This document shows, piece by piece, positions 7,243 through 14,666 of a DNA stretch of 26,276 nt (positions are counted from its first letter, which is position 1; the number at the start of each line of letters is the position of its first letter). The stretch covers positions 1 through 26,276 of the IMG/VR virus record IMGVR_UViG_3300046466_000063; one strand, written 5' to 3'. The notes beneath the pieces are model-generated. The model searched no databases and had not been told where the DNA came from. It saw only the letters and a program-made list of their open reading frames with translations. The position numbers and the translations under genes are program-made. The DNA comes from a virus (taxonomy: Duplodnaviria; Caudoviricetes).

Positions 7243-8289
7243 ATGATATTAAAAAATAAAATTACAGATCCTTTACAAGATTTACAACTAGATAGTTTTC
7301 AAAAGTTAAATGACCTTTTAAATATTAATCATCACTCTCCATCTGCCGAGCAGTTGCCATTAGGCTTTTATGTTTTTTCAAGATTGTTTTGTACGCAAGA
7401 AGAAAGACGATTGTTTGATGGCAATGCTAATATGGCTGCTGGTGTTGCTACAGGAGATGCAATTCAATTTCACTATGCAGACACAATATGGAAATTTAAT
7501 CCTAATCAGAAAAAATTAGCACCACATAAAAATAAAAAAATTTCTAAAGAAGAAGCTATTGAAAAAGCAATTGAAAAATTTTCAAATTACGTTCCAGTAA
7601 ATGATAAAGATAAAGATAAAAAAGAAAAATATTTAGAGACAATACCTCAAACAATAAGACAAGCTTTTATAGTTTTCGATCAACTAGGTGCAGATAAAGC
7701 AACAGATATAATTGCTGAAGATAGCATTAATCATACGGATAGCAGACTTGCTTTACCTATAGTTGGTAGAACCGATCTTCATTTTAAGGATTTTAAATCA
7801 GTAGAGCAATCTGCTGATGCAACATCGCCTTCTCATGTTTCTAGCGATGCAATGTTCCTTTCGGTCCTTGAATTGAAAACTACCTGGCAAACACCAGGTA
7901 AGATTAAAAAGGATGGTAGCCGAAGCTTCTCTCTGGCTAGGCTACCGTCTAATCCAAGCAAGAACCATCTCAAACAATTAGCATTTTATAATGAAGTAAA
8001 AAAACCATGCAATCCAAAGCTTGTTTATGTAACAGCAGACGGTTTTCAAGTTTTTACAAAAGAGAATTGCGCTGATCTTGAGCCTAAAAATTTACATAAT
8101 TATTACGAAGCTCTTGTTAAAGGTTGTATGCGAATTGAAAGATTACTTGCAAGACACATAGATTTAGACGATCCAGAAATGATTTTAAAAGAAATAGTTA
8201 AAGATGTAGATCCAGATTTTGAGAGCTTTTATTGGAACATTGGACATGAATTTTTAAATAAAGCAAAAAAAATATGGAGTTCAGTTTGA
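7243..8289 (+). CDS. PD-(D/E)xK exonuclease (RecB/Cas4-like fold)
   Basis: HHSPS, IVGRTD, VLELKT and HLKQLAFY motifs; lies upstream of the annealase. Confidence 0.82.
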   Translation: MILKNKITDPLQDLQLDSFQKLNDLLNINHHSPSAEQLPLGFYVFSRLFCTQEERRLFDGNANMAAGVATGDAIQFHYADTIWKFNPNQKKLAPHKNKKISKEEAIEKAIEKFSNYVPVNDKDKDKKEKYLETIPQTIRQAFIVFDQLGADKATDIIAEDSINHTDSRLALPIVGRTDLHFKDFKSVEQSADATSPSHVSSDAMFLSVLELKTTWQTPGKIKKDGSRSFSLARLPSNPSKNHLKQLAFYNEVKKPCNPKLVYVTADGFQVFTKENCADLEPKNLHNYYEALVKGCMRIERLLARHIDLDDPEMILKEIVKDVDPDFESFYWNIGHEFLNKAKKIWSSV

Positions 8290-8360
8290 TTACTCCATCA
8301 ATCATCACTTATTCACTAATTATTATAGGAGGTTATTATATATGTCAGATGATAAATTAA
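8274..8360 (+). CDS. Possible 28-aa hydrophobic peptide
   Basis: MEFSLITPSIITYSLIIIGGYYICQMIN bridges the exonuclease-annealase gap and overlaps both genes; no clear SD. Confidence 0.3.
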   Translation: MEFSLITPSIITYSLIIIGGYYICQMIN

Positions 8361-8944
8361 TAAAAGCTATTAACGATTTTAAAAAAAATCTTAAAAGCAC
8401 CACAATACCTATTCATGGCAAAGAATATGCAACAGTAGCACCAAGAGTAGCAATACTTCGAAGAAATCTAGGTAAAGATCTTGATATAAAAACTACATTA
8501 ATACACCATGACGATAAAAGAGTTGTCGTTCAAGCAGATGCTTATATAGACGGTGTTCATGTATCATCAGGATTAGCAGAAGAATTTAGAGCAGCCTCAA
8601 GAATTAACAATACATCAGCTCTGGAAAATTGCGAAAGTTCTGCGGTAGGTCGTTGTGCTGCCTTTTTAGCAATTACTAATGATAATATTGCATCAGCTGA
8701 AGAAGTTGACCAGGCAATAAATGTTCAAAACAAAATTGTTGAAAGTGAGGAAAAACTCACATCAGCTTTAGCCGATCTTGGTAAAGTTTCACATATCGGC
8801 TCTTATAACTCTTGGATAACAAATAATAAAAACCTAATGCAAGACTTAAAAGATTTAAGTCCAAAGTATTATGGCAAATTTTTATTAGATTTTAACAAGA
8901 TTAAAACTCAACTTGAAACTAAAGGAATAATTAAAAATGGCTGA
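8342..8944 (+). CDS. Single-strand annealing protein (Rad52/Sak-like)
   Basis: 'GKEYATVAPRV...SGLAEE.R..SRINNTSALENCESSAVGRC'; AGGAGG SD; exo-SSAP-SSB synteny. Confidence 0.72.
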   Translation: MSDDKLIKAINDFKKNLKSTTIPIHGKEYATVAPRVAILRRNLGKDLDIKTTLIHHDDKRVVVQADAYIDGVHVSSGLAEEFRAASRINNTSALENCESSAVGRCAAFLAITNDNIASAEEVDQAINVQNKIVESEEKLTSALADLGKVSHIGSYNSWITNNKNLMQDLKDLSPKYYGKFLLDFNKIKTQLETKGIIKNG

Positions 8945-9197
8945 AGAGCAAAAAGAACGTAAATCACTTGGAGTAATATTTCCAAATGAAAATAAAGAAA
9001 ATCCTAAAAGCTATGATCTTAAAGGAACAATTACTTTACCAGACGGACAAAAGTTTAGAATTGGCGGATATAAAGCTGAAGCTTCTGGAACTGGTAAACT
9101 TCCAAAAGGTGCGCCTTATTATTGGATGCACCGAGTAGAACCACTTGAAGAAAATAATGCTGGTACTGCTTTTGATCCAGCAAGTTTGGAGAGCTAA
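8937..9197 (+). CDS. Putative ssDNA-binding protein (DUF736-like)
   Basis: 'GVIFPNENKENPKSYDLKGTI...FRIGGY' with an acidic C-terminal tail. Confidence 0.6.
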   Translation: MAEEQKERKSLGVIFPNENKENPKSYDLKGTITLPDGQKFRIGGYKAEASGTGKLPKGAPYYWMHRVEPLEENNAGTAFDPASLES

Positions 9198-9200
9198 ACA

Positions 9201-9377
9201 ATGGACACGGATAAATTTAAAAGCATAGCTTTGAACATGGACACTTACAAAAAACTTCGTGAGATGTCTGATAAGAAATTTGAGATGCCACAAAGTATGG
9301 CAAAGACAGCCTCATTTTTTATTGATCAAGCTTATGCAGATTTTATTAAAGATAAAAATGTTAAACGAAAAACTTAA
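9201..9377 (+). CDS. Small ribbon-helix-helix-like DNA-binding protein (58 aa)
   Basis: Not in ORF track. MDTDKFKSIALNMDTYKKLREMSDKKFEMPQSMAKTASFFIDQAY...; GGAG SD. Confidence 0.7.
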   Translation: MDTDKFKSIALNMDTYKKLREMSDKKFEMPQSMAKTASFFIDQAYADFIKDKNVKRKT

Positions 9378-9615
9378 ACAAATCCGTCAAACAAAAGAGC
9401 TAGAGTATGGCTCATTCGAAAACAATATGACAAATATTGGTAGAATGTGGTCATCTCTACTCGGTTTGAAAAAAGATATACCTGGTCATCTGGTAGCCAG
9501 TATGTATGTAGCAGCTAAACTAATTAGGACCAGACAATCTTTTAAACAAGACAATTACGATGACGCAGCAAACTATCTGCACCAGGCGGAGTTAATGCAG
9601 AAAGAAAAAAAATGA
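9358..9615 (+). CDS. DUF6378-family protein
   Basis: 'EYGSFENNMTNIGRMWS...VASMYVAAKLIR...DNYDDAANY'; start reassigned to ATG 9358. Confidence 0.75.
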   Translation: MLNEKLKQIRQTKELEYGSFENNMTNIGRMWSSLLGLKKDIPGHLVASMYVAAKLIRTRQSFKQDNYDDAANYLHQAELMQKEKK

Positions 9616-9905
9616 CAGTAATTCAATTTCCTAAAACACCAGCAAATCAAATGACTGATACTGCAAAGTTAGCTCTTGAAATGGAAAAAGAAAAACAAGC
9701 ATCAGAAATTTTTTTAAATTGGAGATTAACTCAAGATGACTGGGATGCTTTTGAGGTTTCTGAAAGAGATTTAGAATTAGTTGCTATGTTTGGCGAAGTA
9801 ATGAAACTTGAGAAAATTGTATCAGCAAGATTAAATTCAAAATTAGCAGAGTTTATTTGCAAACTTAAAACTCAATACGATCCATTAGATAAAACAAATG
9901 ACTAG
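9612..9905 (+). CDS. Hypothetical protein
   Basis: 97 aa; ATGA-coupled to the upstream gene. Confidence 0.75.
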   Translation: MTVIQFPKTPANQMTDTAKLALEMEKEKQASEIFLNWRLTQDDWDAFEVSERDLELVAMFGEVMKLEKIVSARLNSKLAEFICKLKTQYDPLDKTND

Positions 9906-10260
9906 AAAAGACGGAGATATTAATTTTAAAACTTATGTTGGTTATCAAGCTTTTAGCTCAGATATGCCAATACATCGAATTAACCAATCTAATTGGTACT
10001 TAAAATTTGAAAATAACGTACCAGCTTTTTTTATTGGAGCTGACAATGTTTATCGTCAAATGCCACCTCTTGCTTTCTTTGCAACAGCTGATCGAACAAC
10101 AGTTCACGATATGACTGGCTGGAAGAAACAATTAGAGGATTATTTTAACTTAACCATAGAGGAGATTTTATGCCAAACAGACATAGAACCAGCGAAGAAC
10201 TTGAGTTCAACGCAACAGTCGGAAGAAACATTAGGTTTCTCAGAAAAAAAAAGAATCTAA
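9898..10260 (+). CDS. Hypothetical protein
   Basis: 120 aa; within the operon and overlapping both neighbours. Confidence 0.7.
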   Translation: MTRKDGDINFKTYVGYQAFSSDMPIHRINQSNWYLKFENNVPAFFIGADNVYRQMPPLAFFATADRTTVHDMTGWKKQLEDYFNLTIEEILCQTDIEPAKNLSSTQQSEETLGFSEKKRI

Positions 10261-10454
10261 ATCAAACAAGACTTGCAAATGTAATAGGAACTTCATTCCA
10301 ACAAATTCAAAAATATGAAAAAGGATCTAACGGAGTTTCAAGTATTAAGCTTAAATTATTAGCAAAAAAATTGAATGTTTCAATGGATGTACTTGCAGAT
10401 CCAATGATGATTGCAACATACGAAGGATTAAATAATGAGCATAATCAAAGCTGA
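10170..10454 (+). CDS. XRE-family HTH transcriptional regulator
   Basis: 'VGRNIRFLRKKKNLNQTRLANVIGTSFQQIQKYEKGSN'; AGGAG SD. Confidence 0.92.
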   Translation: MPNRHRTSEELEFNATVGRNIRFLRKKKNLNQTRLANVIGTSFQQIQKYEKGSNGVSSIKLKLLAKKLNVSMDVLADPMMIATYEGLNNEHNQS

Positions 10455-10641
10455 TATTTGCGAAATAGAAGTGCAAGAGCAAACAGTAGAAGATGCTGGT
10501 TGTAAATATATGGTCTTGGTTAAAACTGGAGACATAAAAACTGGAGCTATAGATCTTGCAAAAATTATTACATCAGATCGAAAACCGATAATTAAAGAAA
10601 CAATTGATGATGGAAATACAGTAAATGACAAAAATAATTAA
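10435..10641 (+). CDS. Hypothetical protein
   Basis: 68 aa; AAGGA SD; within the operon. Confidence 0.7.
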   Translation: MSIIKADICEIEVQEQTVEDAGCKYMVLVKTGDIKTGAIDLAKIITSDRKPIIKETIDDGNTVNDKNN

Positions 10642-10801
10642 GACAACTACTGGTCAAGCAGACTTTGTAATTAAAGAAGAATATCCAGACGAAAATACAG
10701 CAATTGAAGGAAAAGATCCTATTACACAAGATGCTGAAGTATCTGAATTAAAAATAGAAAACATTAAATATAAATTAAAGGAGGTATTAAAAAATGAGTA
10801 A
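10625..10801 (+). CDS. Hypothetical protein (58 aa)
   Basis: Not in ORF track. MTKIIKTTTGQADFVIKEEYPDENTAIEG...; fills the gap and overlaps both neighbours. Confidence 0.7.
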   Translation: MTKIIKTTTGQADFVIKEEYPDENTAIEGKDPITQDAEVSELKIENIKYKLKEVLKNE

Positions 10802-11057
10802 TGACCAAAGATTATTAAGGTTAGAAAAAAGACATAAAGGTCTGGCCAGAGTAACAGCTGCTATTAATGATCTATATATTTACGGAGTTTATGAAAGTAA
10901 TTTTCCAGCATTAATGGATAAATTAAATGAAGCTAAAGATGCTTGTAAAGAATAGCTTAGAGATACTCATGTTGAAATTGTAGCAACAACTAAAGCTAAC
11001 GAAATAGTTAAATTAACACCATCAACAATAGAAGTTATAGAGGAGTTTGAAGAATGA
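10794..11057 (+). pseudogene. 87-codon gene interrupted by in-frame TAG at codon 54
   Basis: GGAGGT SD, ATG 10794, TAG 10953-10955. The frame then stays open to TGA 11055-11057, which overlaps the next ATG. Confidence 0.65.
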
Positions 11058-11311
11058 CAAATGAAGGAATGTTTAAAGATATGGAAAAAATTGAATATCT
11101 TAAAAACCAAAATAAATTATTAAAATTAAAACTTAAAGAAGCTATTACTAAAATTAAAAGATTACAAAACTTAGAGACAATTCATGCAAAAAATAATGGA
11201 GATCTTAGAGTTCACATTGTAAAAATTGAAAAAGAAAATGTTACATATAAAAACGAAAATAAGAGATTAGTAGAAGAAAATAGTAATTTAAGTATTATTA
11301 GAGATAAATAA
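11054..11311 (+). CDS. Coiled-coil hypothetical protein
   Basis: 85 aa, heptad-rich; GAGGAG SD; last gene of the rightward operon. Confidence 0.75.
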   Translation: MTNEGMFKDMEKIEYLKNQNKLLKLKLKEAITKIKRLQNLETIHAKNNGDLRVHIVKIEKENVTYKNENKRLVEENSNLSIIRDK

Positions 11312-11312
11312 A

Positions 11313-11354
11313 AGCTCTAGGAGCTACGGAGACTGCGATTCAGCAGCCTCCATA
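11313..11354. terminator. Hairpins between convergent operons (possible terminator)
   Basis: AGCTC-TAG-GAGCT (11313-11325) and GGAGACTGC-GATTCA-GCAGCCTCC (11328-11351, one mismatch); no strong U-tract. Confidence 0.4.
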
Positions 11355-11369
11355 ACCTTTGATACCTAG

Positions 11370-11537
11370 TTAAGAAACGTATTTTTTAGGAAATATAACA
11401 ACATTAGATTTTGGCAAAGATACAATCTTTTTAATATCTTGGTCCGTTTGTATCTCGCCAAAAGTAGATTTGTAAGAATAAATTTTGCCAGTCTTTAAAG
11501 CAAAATACTTAATAGCTTTGAAATCTTTAATTTTCAT
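11370..11537 (-). CDS. Small basic protein downstream of integrase (55 aa)
   Basis: Not in ORF track. GGAGG SD 6 nt before ATG; MKIKDFKAIKYFALKTGKIYSY...; overlaps the int stop. Confidence 0.65.
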   Translation of the reverse strand: MKIKDFKAIKYFALKTGKIYSYKSTFGEIQTDQDIKKIVSLPKSNVVIFPKKYVS

Positions 11538-12831
11538 CAAGAGCCTCCATGTCTATTAAGTTAGGAAAAGCACCATCTAAAGCTTTTTGTTCAGCAACAG
11601 CTCTTTCTCCAGATGGATCTAAATCAGAATGATCTCCATAAAGACCTTTTGTTAATTTAATATCTTTATGTCTTATTTGACCTTTAATAAAATTATCAGT
11701 TAAAATTTCATTACCAGCTTGAGCATCAGTTAAAGATGTAGCTGCAAAGTGTCTAAATGTTTTACTTACACAACCTTTAAATTTATTAGCGACAGTTCGA
11801 GTATGTGATTTGCCGCCAGAATTATTTTTAACTACCTCAATCTTTGCAAAACCAAGATCTTGATAAGCCATTTTAAGCCAATCATTAATTGTTTTATCTG
11901 CCAAAGGTACTGTTTCATGTACGAATTTTAATGAAGCAAATACTAATGGCATTTTTCTTGGCGTGTAATATTTAGACTGAATAGATTTCCAGATAGATAA
12001 CACTCTAAATAATGCGGAGTGCATTTTAATTGTATCAAAACTTCCATCAGCCTTAACTTGGTCTTTAATTACACCTTCAACAACTGCTTGATTAATAGTA
12101 ATCTTACCAAAAATCCAATCAATCCGATCCCACCTTAAAGCTCTTAACTCTCCAAGTCTTAAACCAGTAAATGCAAGTGTTACAACAACAGCAAACTTTA
12201 ACCAAACACTAGGATTTTGATCTGTTGGCATTAAATGTTTAAACAACTTTTTTACTTCTGGTCTGTTAATCATAACAGTTTTTTTAGGAAGCATATTAGC
12301 TGTAACTGGATCTTTAAGAACTGGTCTGTTTTTAACTTTATAACTTAACATAACACCAAGCTCAGTTGTATATTGCTGTTCAATACACCATTTTTTAAAT
12401 GTATAAAAACTTTTAACAATAAGATTAGCTTGTTTATGAGTACAACCAGCTTTTTTTATATCTAAAAAGAATTGATCCATAACTGGAACTGTTATCTCAT
12501 TAAGTAATAAGTCTTTTGGAAAGTATGGATTAATCCAATTTTTCCAAAAACTAAAGTAATGACTAACACTCTTCAATCTCATTCCAGATTGTGGATGTTC
12601 AGCCATTGCAATTTTATCTAAAGCAAAGTCTTTATATGTATTGACTATTGTTTTTTGAGATAAAGCAGCTTGAGCTTTAATGCTATTCTTTTGCAGCTCT
12701 ACTTTCTTATGGTTTACTTCAGATACTTTTTTAGATTTAAAGACTTGCTTATACTTGCCAGTCAGTTTGTCTTTAACTTGTAAAACATGATAACCATGTC
12801 TTTCAGTTATTTTGGTGTGTACCATTATCAT
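11527..12831 (-). CDS. int: Tyrosine recombinase / phage integrase
   Basis: TGLRLGELRALRW, VKAD, KTFRHFAA and IRHKDIKLTKGLYG motifs. The AGGAG SD favours a start at MVHTK (12825). Confidence 0.93.
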   Translation of the reverse strand: MIMVHTKITERHGYHVLQVKDKLTGKYKQVFKSKKVSEVNHKKVELQKNSIKAQAALSQKTIVNTYKDFALDKIAMAEHPQSGMRLKSVSHYFSFWKNWINPYFPKDLLLNEITVPVMDQFFLDIKKAGCTHKQANLIVKSFYTFKKWCIEQQYTTELGVMLSYKVKNRPVLKDPVTANMLPKKTVMINRPEVKKLFKHLMPTDQNPSVWLKFAVVVTLAFTGLRLGELRALRWDRIDWIFGKITINQAVVEGVIKDQVKADGSFDTIKMHSALFRVLSIWKSIQSKYYTPRKMPLVFASLKFVHETVPLADKTINDWLKMAYQDLGFAKIEVVKNNSGGKSHTRTVANKFKGCVSKTFRHFAATSLTDAQAGNEILTDNFIKGQIRHKDIKLTKGLYGDHSDLDPSGERAVAEQKALDGAFPNLIDMEALDEN

Positions 12832-13033
12832 CTCCTATTTTTTTAGTTTGCGGAGATAGATATGCAAATGGTTTAAGTAAAAAACGACCATACATAAAAA
12901 GTGTTACCAGGTAACAGTCTGGAAACATTTTTATTGGATAGTTGTTTTGATGTTGTGATTTTCCTATGTTTAAACCAGCATAAGAACTGGTGCTAATATT
13001 AACTAATAGCGGTTGCATTATTTGCATAATCAT
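12803..13033 (-). CDS. Doubtful ORF overlapping the attP-like region
   Basis: 76 aa, no recognisable motif; spans the candidate recombination repeats. Confidence 0.3.
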   Translation of the reverse strand: MIMQIMQPLLVNISTSSYAGLNIGKSQHQNNYPIKMFPDCYLVTLFMYGRFLLKPFAYLSPQTKKIGDDNGTHQNN

Positions 13034-13196
13034 CTCTTAATTGAGAAATTATGCGATTAGCAAACGGAAGTAAAGAGTAAAAAAGACAAGTAAATAAAAG
13101 GATTATTATTGTTTTGGAAACAACAAGGTAACATTTTTTATTTATATTTTAGAATTGATTTGTTTTTTGGTAGGTAATTGTGAAGTGATGTTACCA
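12902..13196. other. Candidate attP region (arm-type repeats and core-type inverted repeat)
   Basis: GG(T/A)AACA repeats at 12909/12920 and 13115/13126, with inverted copies at 12902 and 13188. TTCCTATG-N10-CATAAGAA at 12961-12986. Confidence 0.5.
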
Positions 13197-13369
13197 GATA
13201 TAGGAGTGCGTTTAGATTGAATATAATCCTCTAAACAATCCTCATCTGGAGGAAAGCCTGGAGTTTGCCATCGGCAAAATCTTTTATGTTCTGTTGTAAC
13301 GACAAATGAGGTGGTGTATTTACCGCAATAATCACACTTAACGTGTATTTCTACTTTTCGTTTTTTCAT
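13142..13369 (-). CDS. Small Cys-rich (putative Zn-binding) protein
   Basis: MKKRKVEIHVKCDYCGK...FC...DC. Start moved to 13369 because the upstream extension is antisense tRNA. Confidence 0.55.
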   Translation of the reverse strand: MKKRKVEIHVKCDYCGKYTTSFVVTTEHKRFCRWQTPGFPPDEDCLEDYIQSKRTPISGNITSQLPTKKQINSKI

Positions 13370-13392
13370 ATATAAATGTTTTAAAAAAATGT

Positions 13393-13485
13393 GGAAGGAT
13401 GCGTGAGCTGGTTGAAACGAACGGTTTGCTAAATCGTCATAGGAGGTAACTCCTATCGTGGGTTCGAATCCCACTCCTTCCGCCA
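13393..13485 (+). tRNA. trnS: tRNA-Ser (anticodon GCT)
   Basis: Acceptor GGAAGGA/TCCTTCC-G-CCA; anticodon arm ACGGT-TTGCTAA-ATCGT (GCT at 13428-13430); long variable arm ATAGGAG-GTAA-CTCCTAT; T arm GTGGG-TTCGAAT-CCCAC. Confidence 0.97.
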
Positions 13486-13495
13486 AAATTAAATT

Positions 13496-13693
13496 TTAAT
13501 CTAAACTTGAAATACTTATTATTTTTCCGTCTTTAACAACAGCATTAACTTTACTACATTTATAGTCAGCATTAGAATTTCTCATTGCAAATCTTTTTTT
13601 AGCAAGACAAGTTTTAAAGTCTGGCATCAATAAGTGTTCTTTCAACTCTGGAGGATTTCCAAAATATAACATAAGGCTAATAACTATTTCCAT
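13496..13693 (-). CDS. Hypothetical protein (two Cys, hydrophobic N-terminus)
   Basis: 65 aa; end of the lysis operon; overlaps the upstream gene. Confidence 0.7.
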   Translation of the reverse strand: MEIVISLMLYFGNPPELKEHLLMPDFKTCLAKKRFAMRNSNADYKCSKVNAVVKDGKIISISSLD

Positions 13694-14051
13694 TTTTTCT
13701 TACTTTGTCTTTTAGTTTTTCAATATCATTTAAAGCTTTTGTTAACTGTTCTTCAAGATGATCTAATTTAATTTGAGTATGAATGTTTTTATCTAAAGCT
13801 TCTTGTTGCTTATCTGTCTGTTTAAAAAGTTCCTCAAGCAACATAAAAATTTCTAAATTTTTTGGTGTTTGTTCAGCTTTTTTTAAAAGGTCTGAACTCA
13901 TAAGCTGATCTTGAGTTTCTAAAGTTGTTATTCTGTTTTGAAGATTGCTTATAGCATAAACTGCTGAAATAATTATTGAAACTATAACAATAAAATTTGC
14001 AATAGGTATATTTAATCTAGTTTTATCTGATACAGATATTTGATCTTTCAT
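13677..14051 (-). CDS. Membrane-anchored coiled-coil protein (possible spanin-like lysis accessory)
   Basis: One N-terminal TM (IPIANFIVIVSIIISAVYAI) followed by coiled coil; GAGG/AGGA SD. Confidence 0.65.
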   Translation of the reverse strand: MKDQISVSDKTRLNIPIANFIVIVSIIISAVYAISNLQNRITTLETQDQLMSSDLLKKAEQTPKNLEIFMLLEELFKQTDKQQEALDKNIHTQIKLDHLEEQLTKALNDIEKLKDKVRKNGNSY

Positions 14052-14170
14052 CTATTCCTACCTCTTAAATAATGTTTGGAAGGTTCATAGTTCCATCGTT
14101 TACCAGGATGACCTCTAAGAGCTGCATACTTCATTCTCATTCTTACTATGATTTTAAGAATACTTCTCAT
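14048..14170 (-). CDS. Small basic protein (40 aa)
   Basis: Not in ORF track. MRSILKIIVRMRMKYAALRGHPGKRWNYEPSKHYLRGRNR; ATGA overlaps at both ends; GGAGG SD. Confidence 0.7.
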   Translation of the reverse strand: MRSILKIIVRMRMKYAALRGHPGKRWNYEPSKHYLRGRNR

Positions 14171-14298
14171 CTGCCTCCGCCTTTATATCTAGTTTGTTTG
14201 CGTTGTCTTTTTTCGGATTTGTTTTGTGATTTTTTGTGTTTACCTAATTTTGGAGGTTTATCTCTTGGTACAAAGTGTACGAATTTTTGTTTGGCCAT
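14167..14298 (-). CDS. Small very basic protein (43 aa)
   Basis: Not in ORF track. MAKQKFVHFVPRDKPPKLGKHKKSQNKSEKRQRKQTRYKGGGR; TAATG-coupled to the holin. Confidence 0.7.
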   Translation of the reverse strand: MAKQKFVHFVPRDKPPKLGKHKKSQNKSEKRQRKQTRYKGGGR

Positions 14299-14666
14299 TA
14301 CTTTTTCTTTTTTAAGAACTTAGTAATTCCAGAACTTCCAAAAGATCCACCAACAATAGTTAAAATAATTATCCAAAAATAATCTGAAGCTAATTCCAAG
14401 ATTTCCCAGCCTCGAAGCATATAGTCTTGTAATGGTCCTACAAAGTGAGCAATAAAAATTAGGCTAAATACTACACATAACCATTCATCACGCCATGTTT
14501 GATCAGATGATTTAATAGATTGTAGATCTATGTTTTGAGCATTCTGTATTTCTTTTTCTCTTATGATTGCATCTTTCTTTAATTTATGAGTTACAGCACC
14601 AATAGTTTTTTCAGCTACTAATTTTGTAAGAGGATTTTTAAGCAAAGGTAAAACAAAATTTAGCAT
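14298..14666 (-). CDS. Holin (3TM/GTA-holin-like)
   Basis: 'TWRDEW' followed by two TM segments and a basic C-terminus; TAATG overlap with the endolysin stop gives a start at 14666. Confidence 0.72.
   Translation of the reverse strand: MLNFVLPLLKNPLTKLVAEKTIGAVTHKLKKDAIIREKEIQNAQNIDLQSIKSSDQTWRDEWLCVVFSLIFIAHFVGPLQDYMLRGWEILELASDYFWIIILTIVGGSFGSSGITKFLKKKK

Noticed and set aside
7243-8289. CRISPR-Cas (Cas4) or diversity-generating retroelement
   Set aside because: No repeat-spacer array, cas operon, Fe-S cysteine set or reverse transcriptase seen; the context is exo-SSAP-SSB recombination.
9036-9293. 85-aa minus-strand ORF
   Set aside because: Antisense to the SSB-like and RHH-like genes.
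9259-9357. N-terminal extension of the DUF6378 ORF
   Set aside because: Occupied by the better-supported 9201-9377 gene in another frame.
10428-10631. 67-aa minus-strand ORF
   Set aside because: Antisense shadow within a coupled plus-strand operon.
10953-10955. Genome-wide TAG recoding
   Set aside because: Only one such case; long genes are intact in the standard code, TAG terminates other genes, and there is no suppressor tRNA.
13021-13060. XerCD dif-like site
   Set aside because: The CATAA and TTATG half-sites are 19 nt apart rather than 6, and there is no XerD-arm match.
13393-13485. tRNA as a host-prophage boundary (attL/attR)
   Set aside because: Phage genes lie on both sides, and I saw no duplicate tRNA 3' fragment in the window.
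13370-13486. MAEGVGFEPT... N-terminus of the 114-aa ORF
   Set aside because: Classic antisense translation of a tRNA.
14072-14323. 83-aa plus-strand ORF
   Set aside because: Antisense to two coupled micro-genes.
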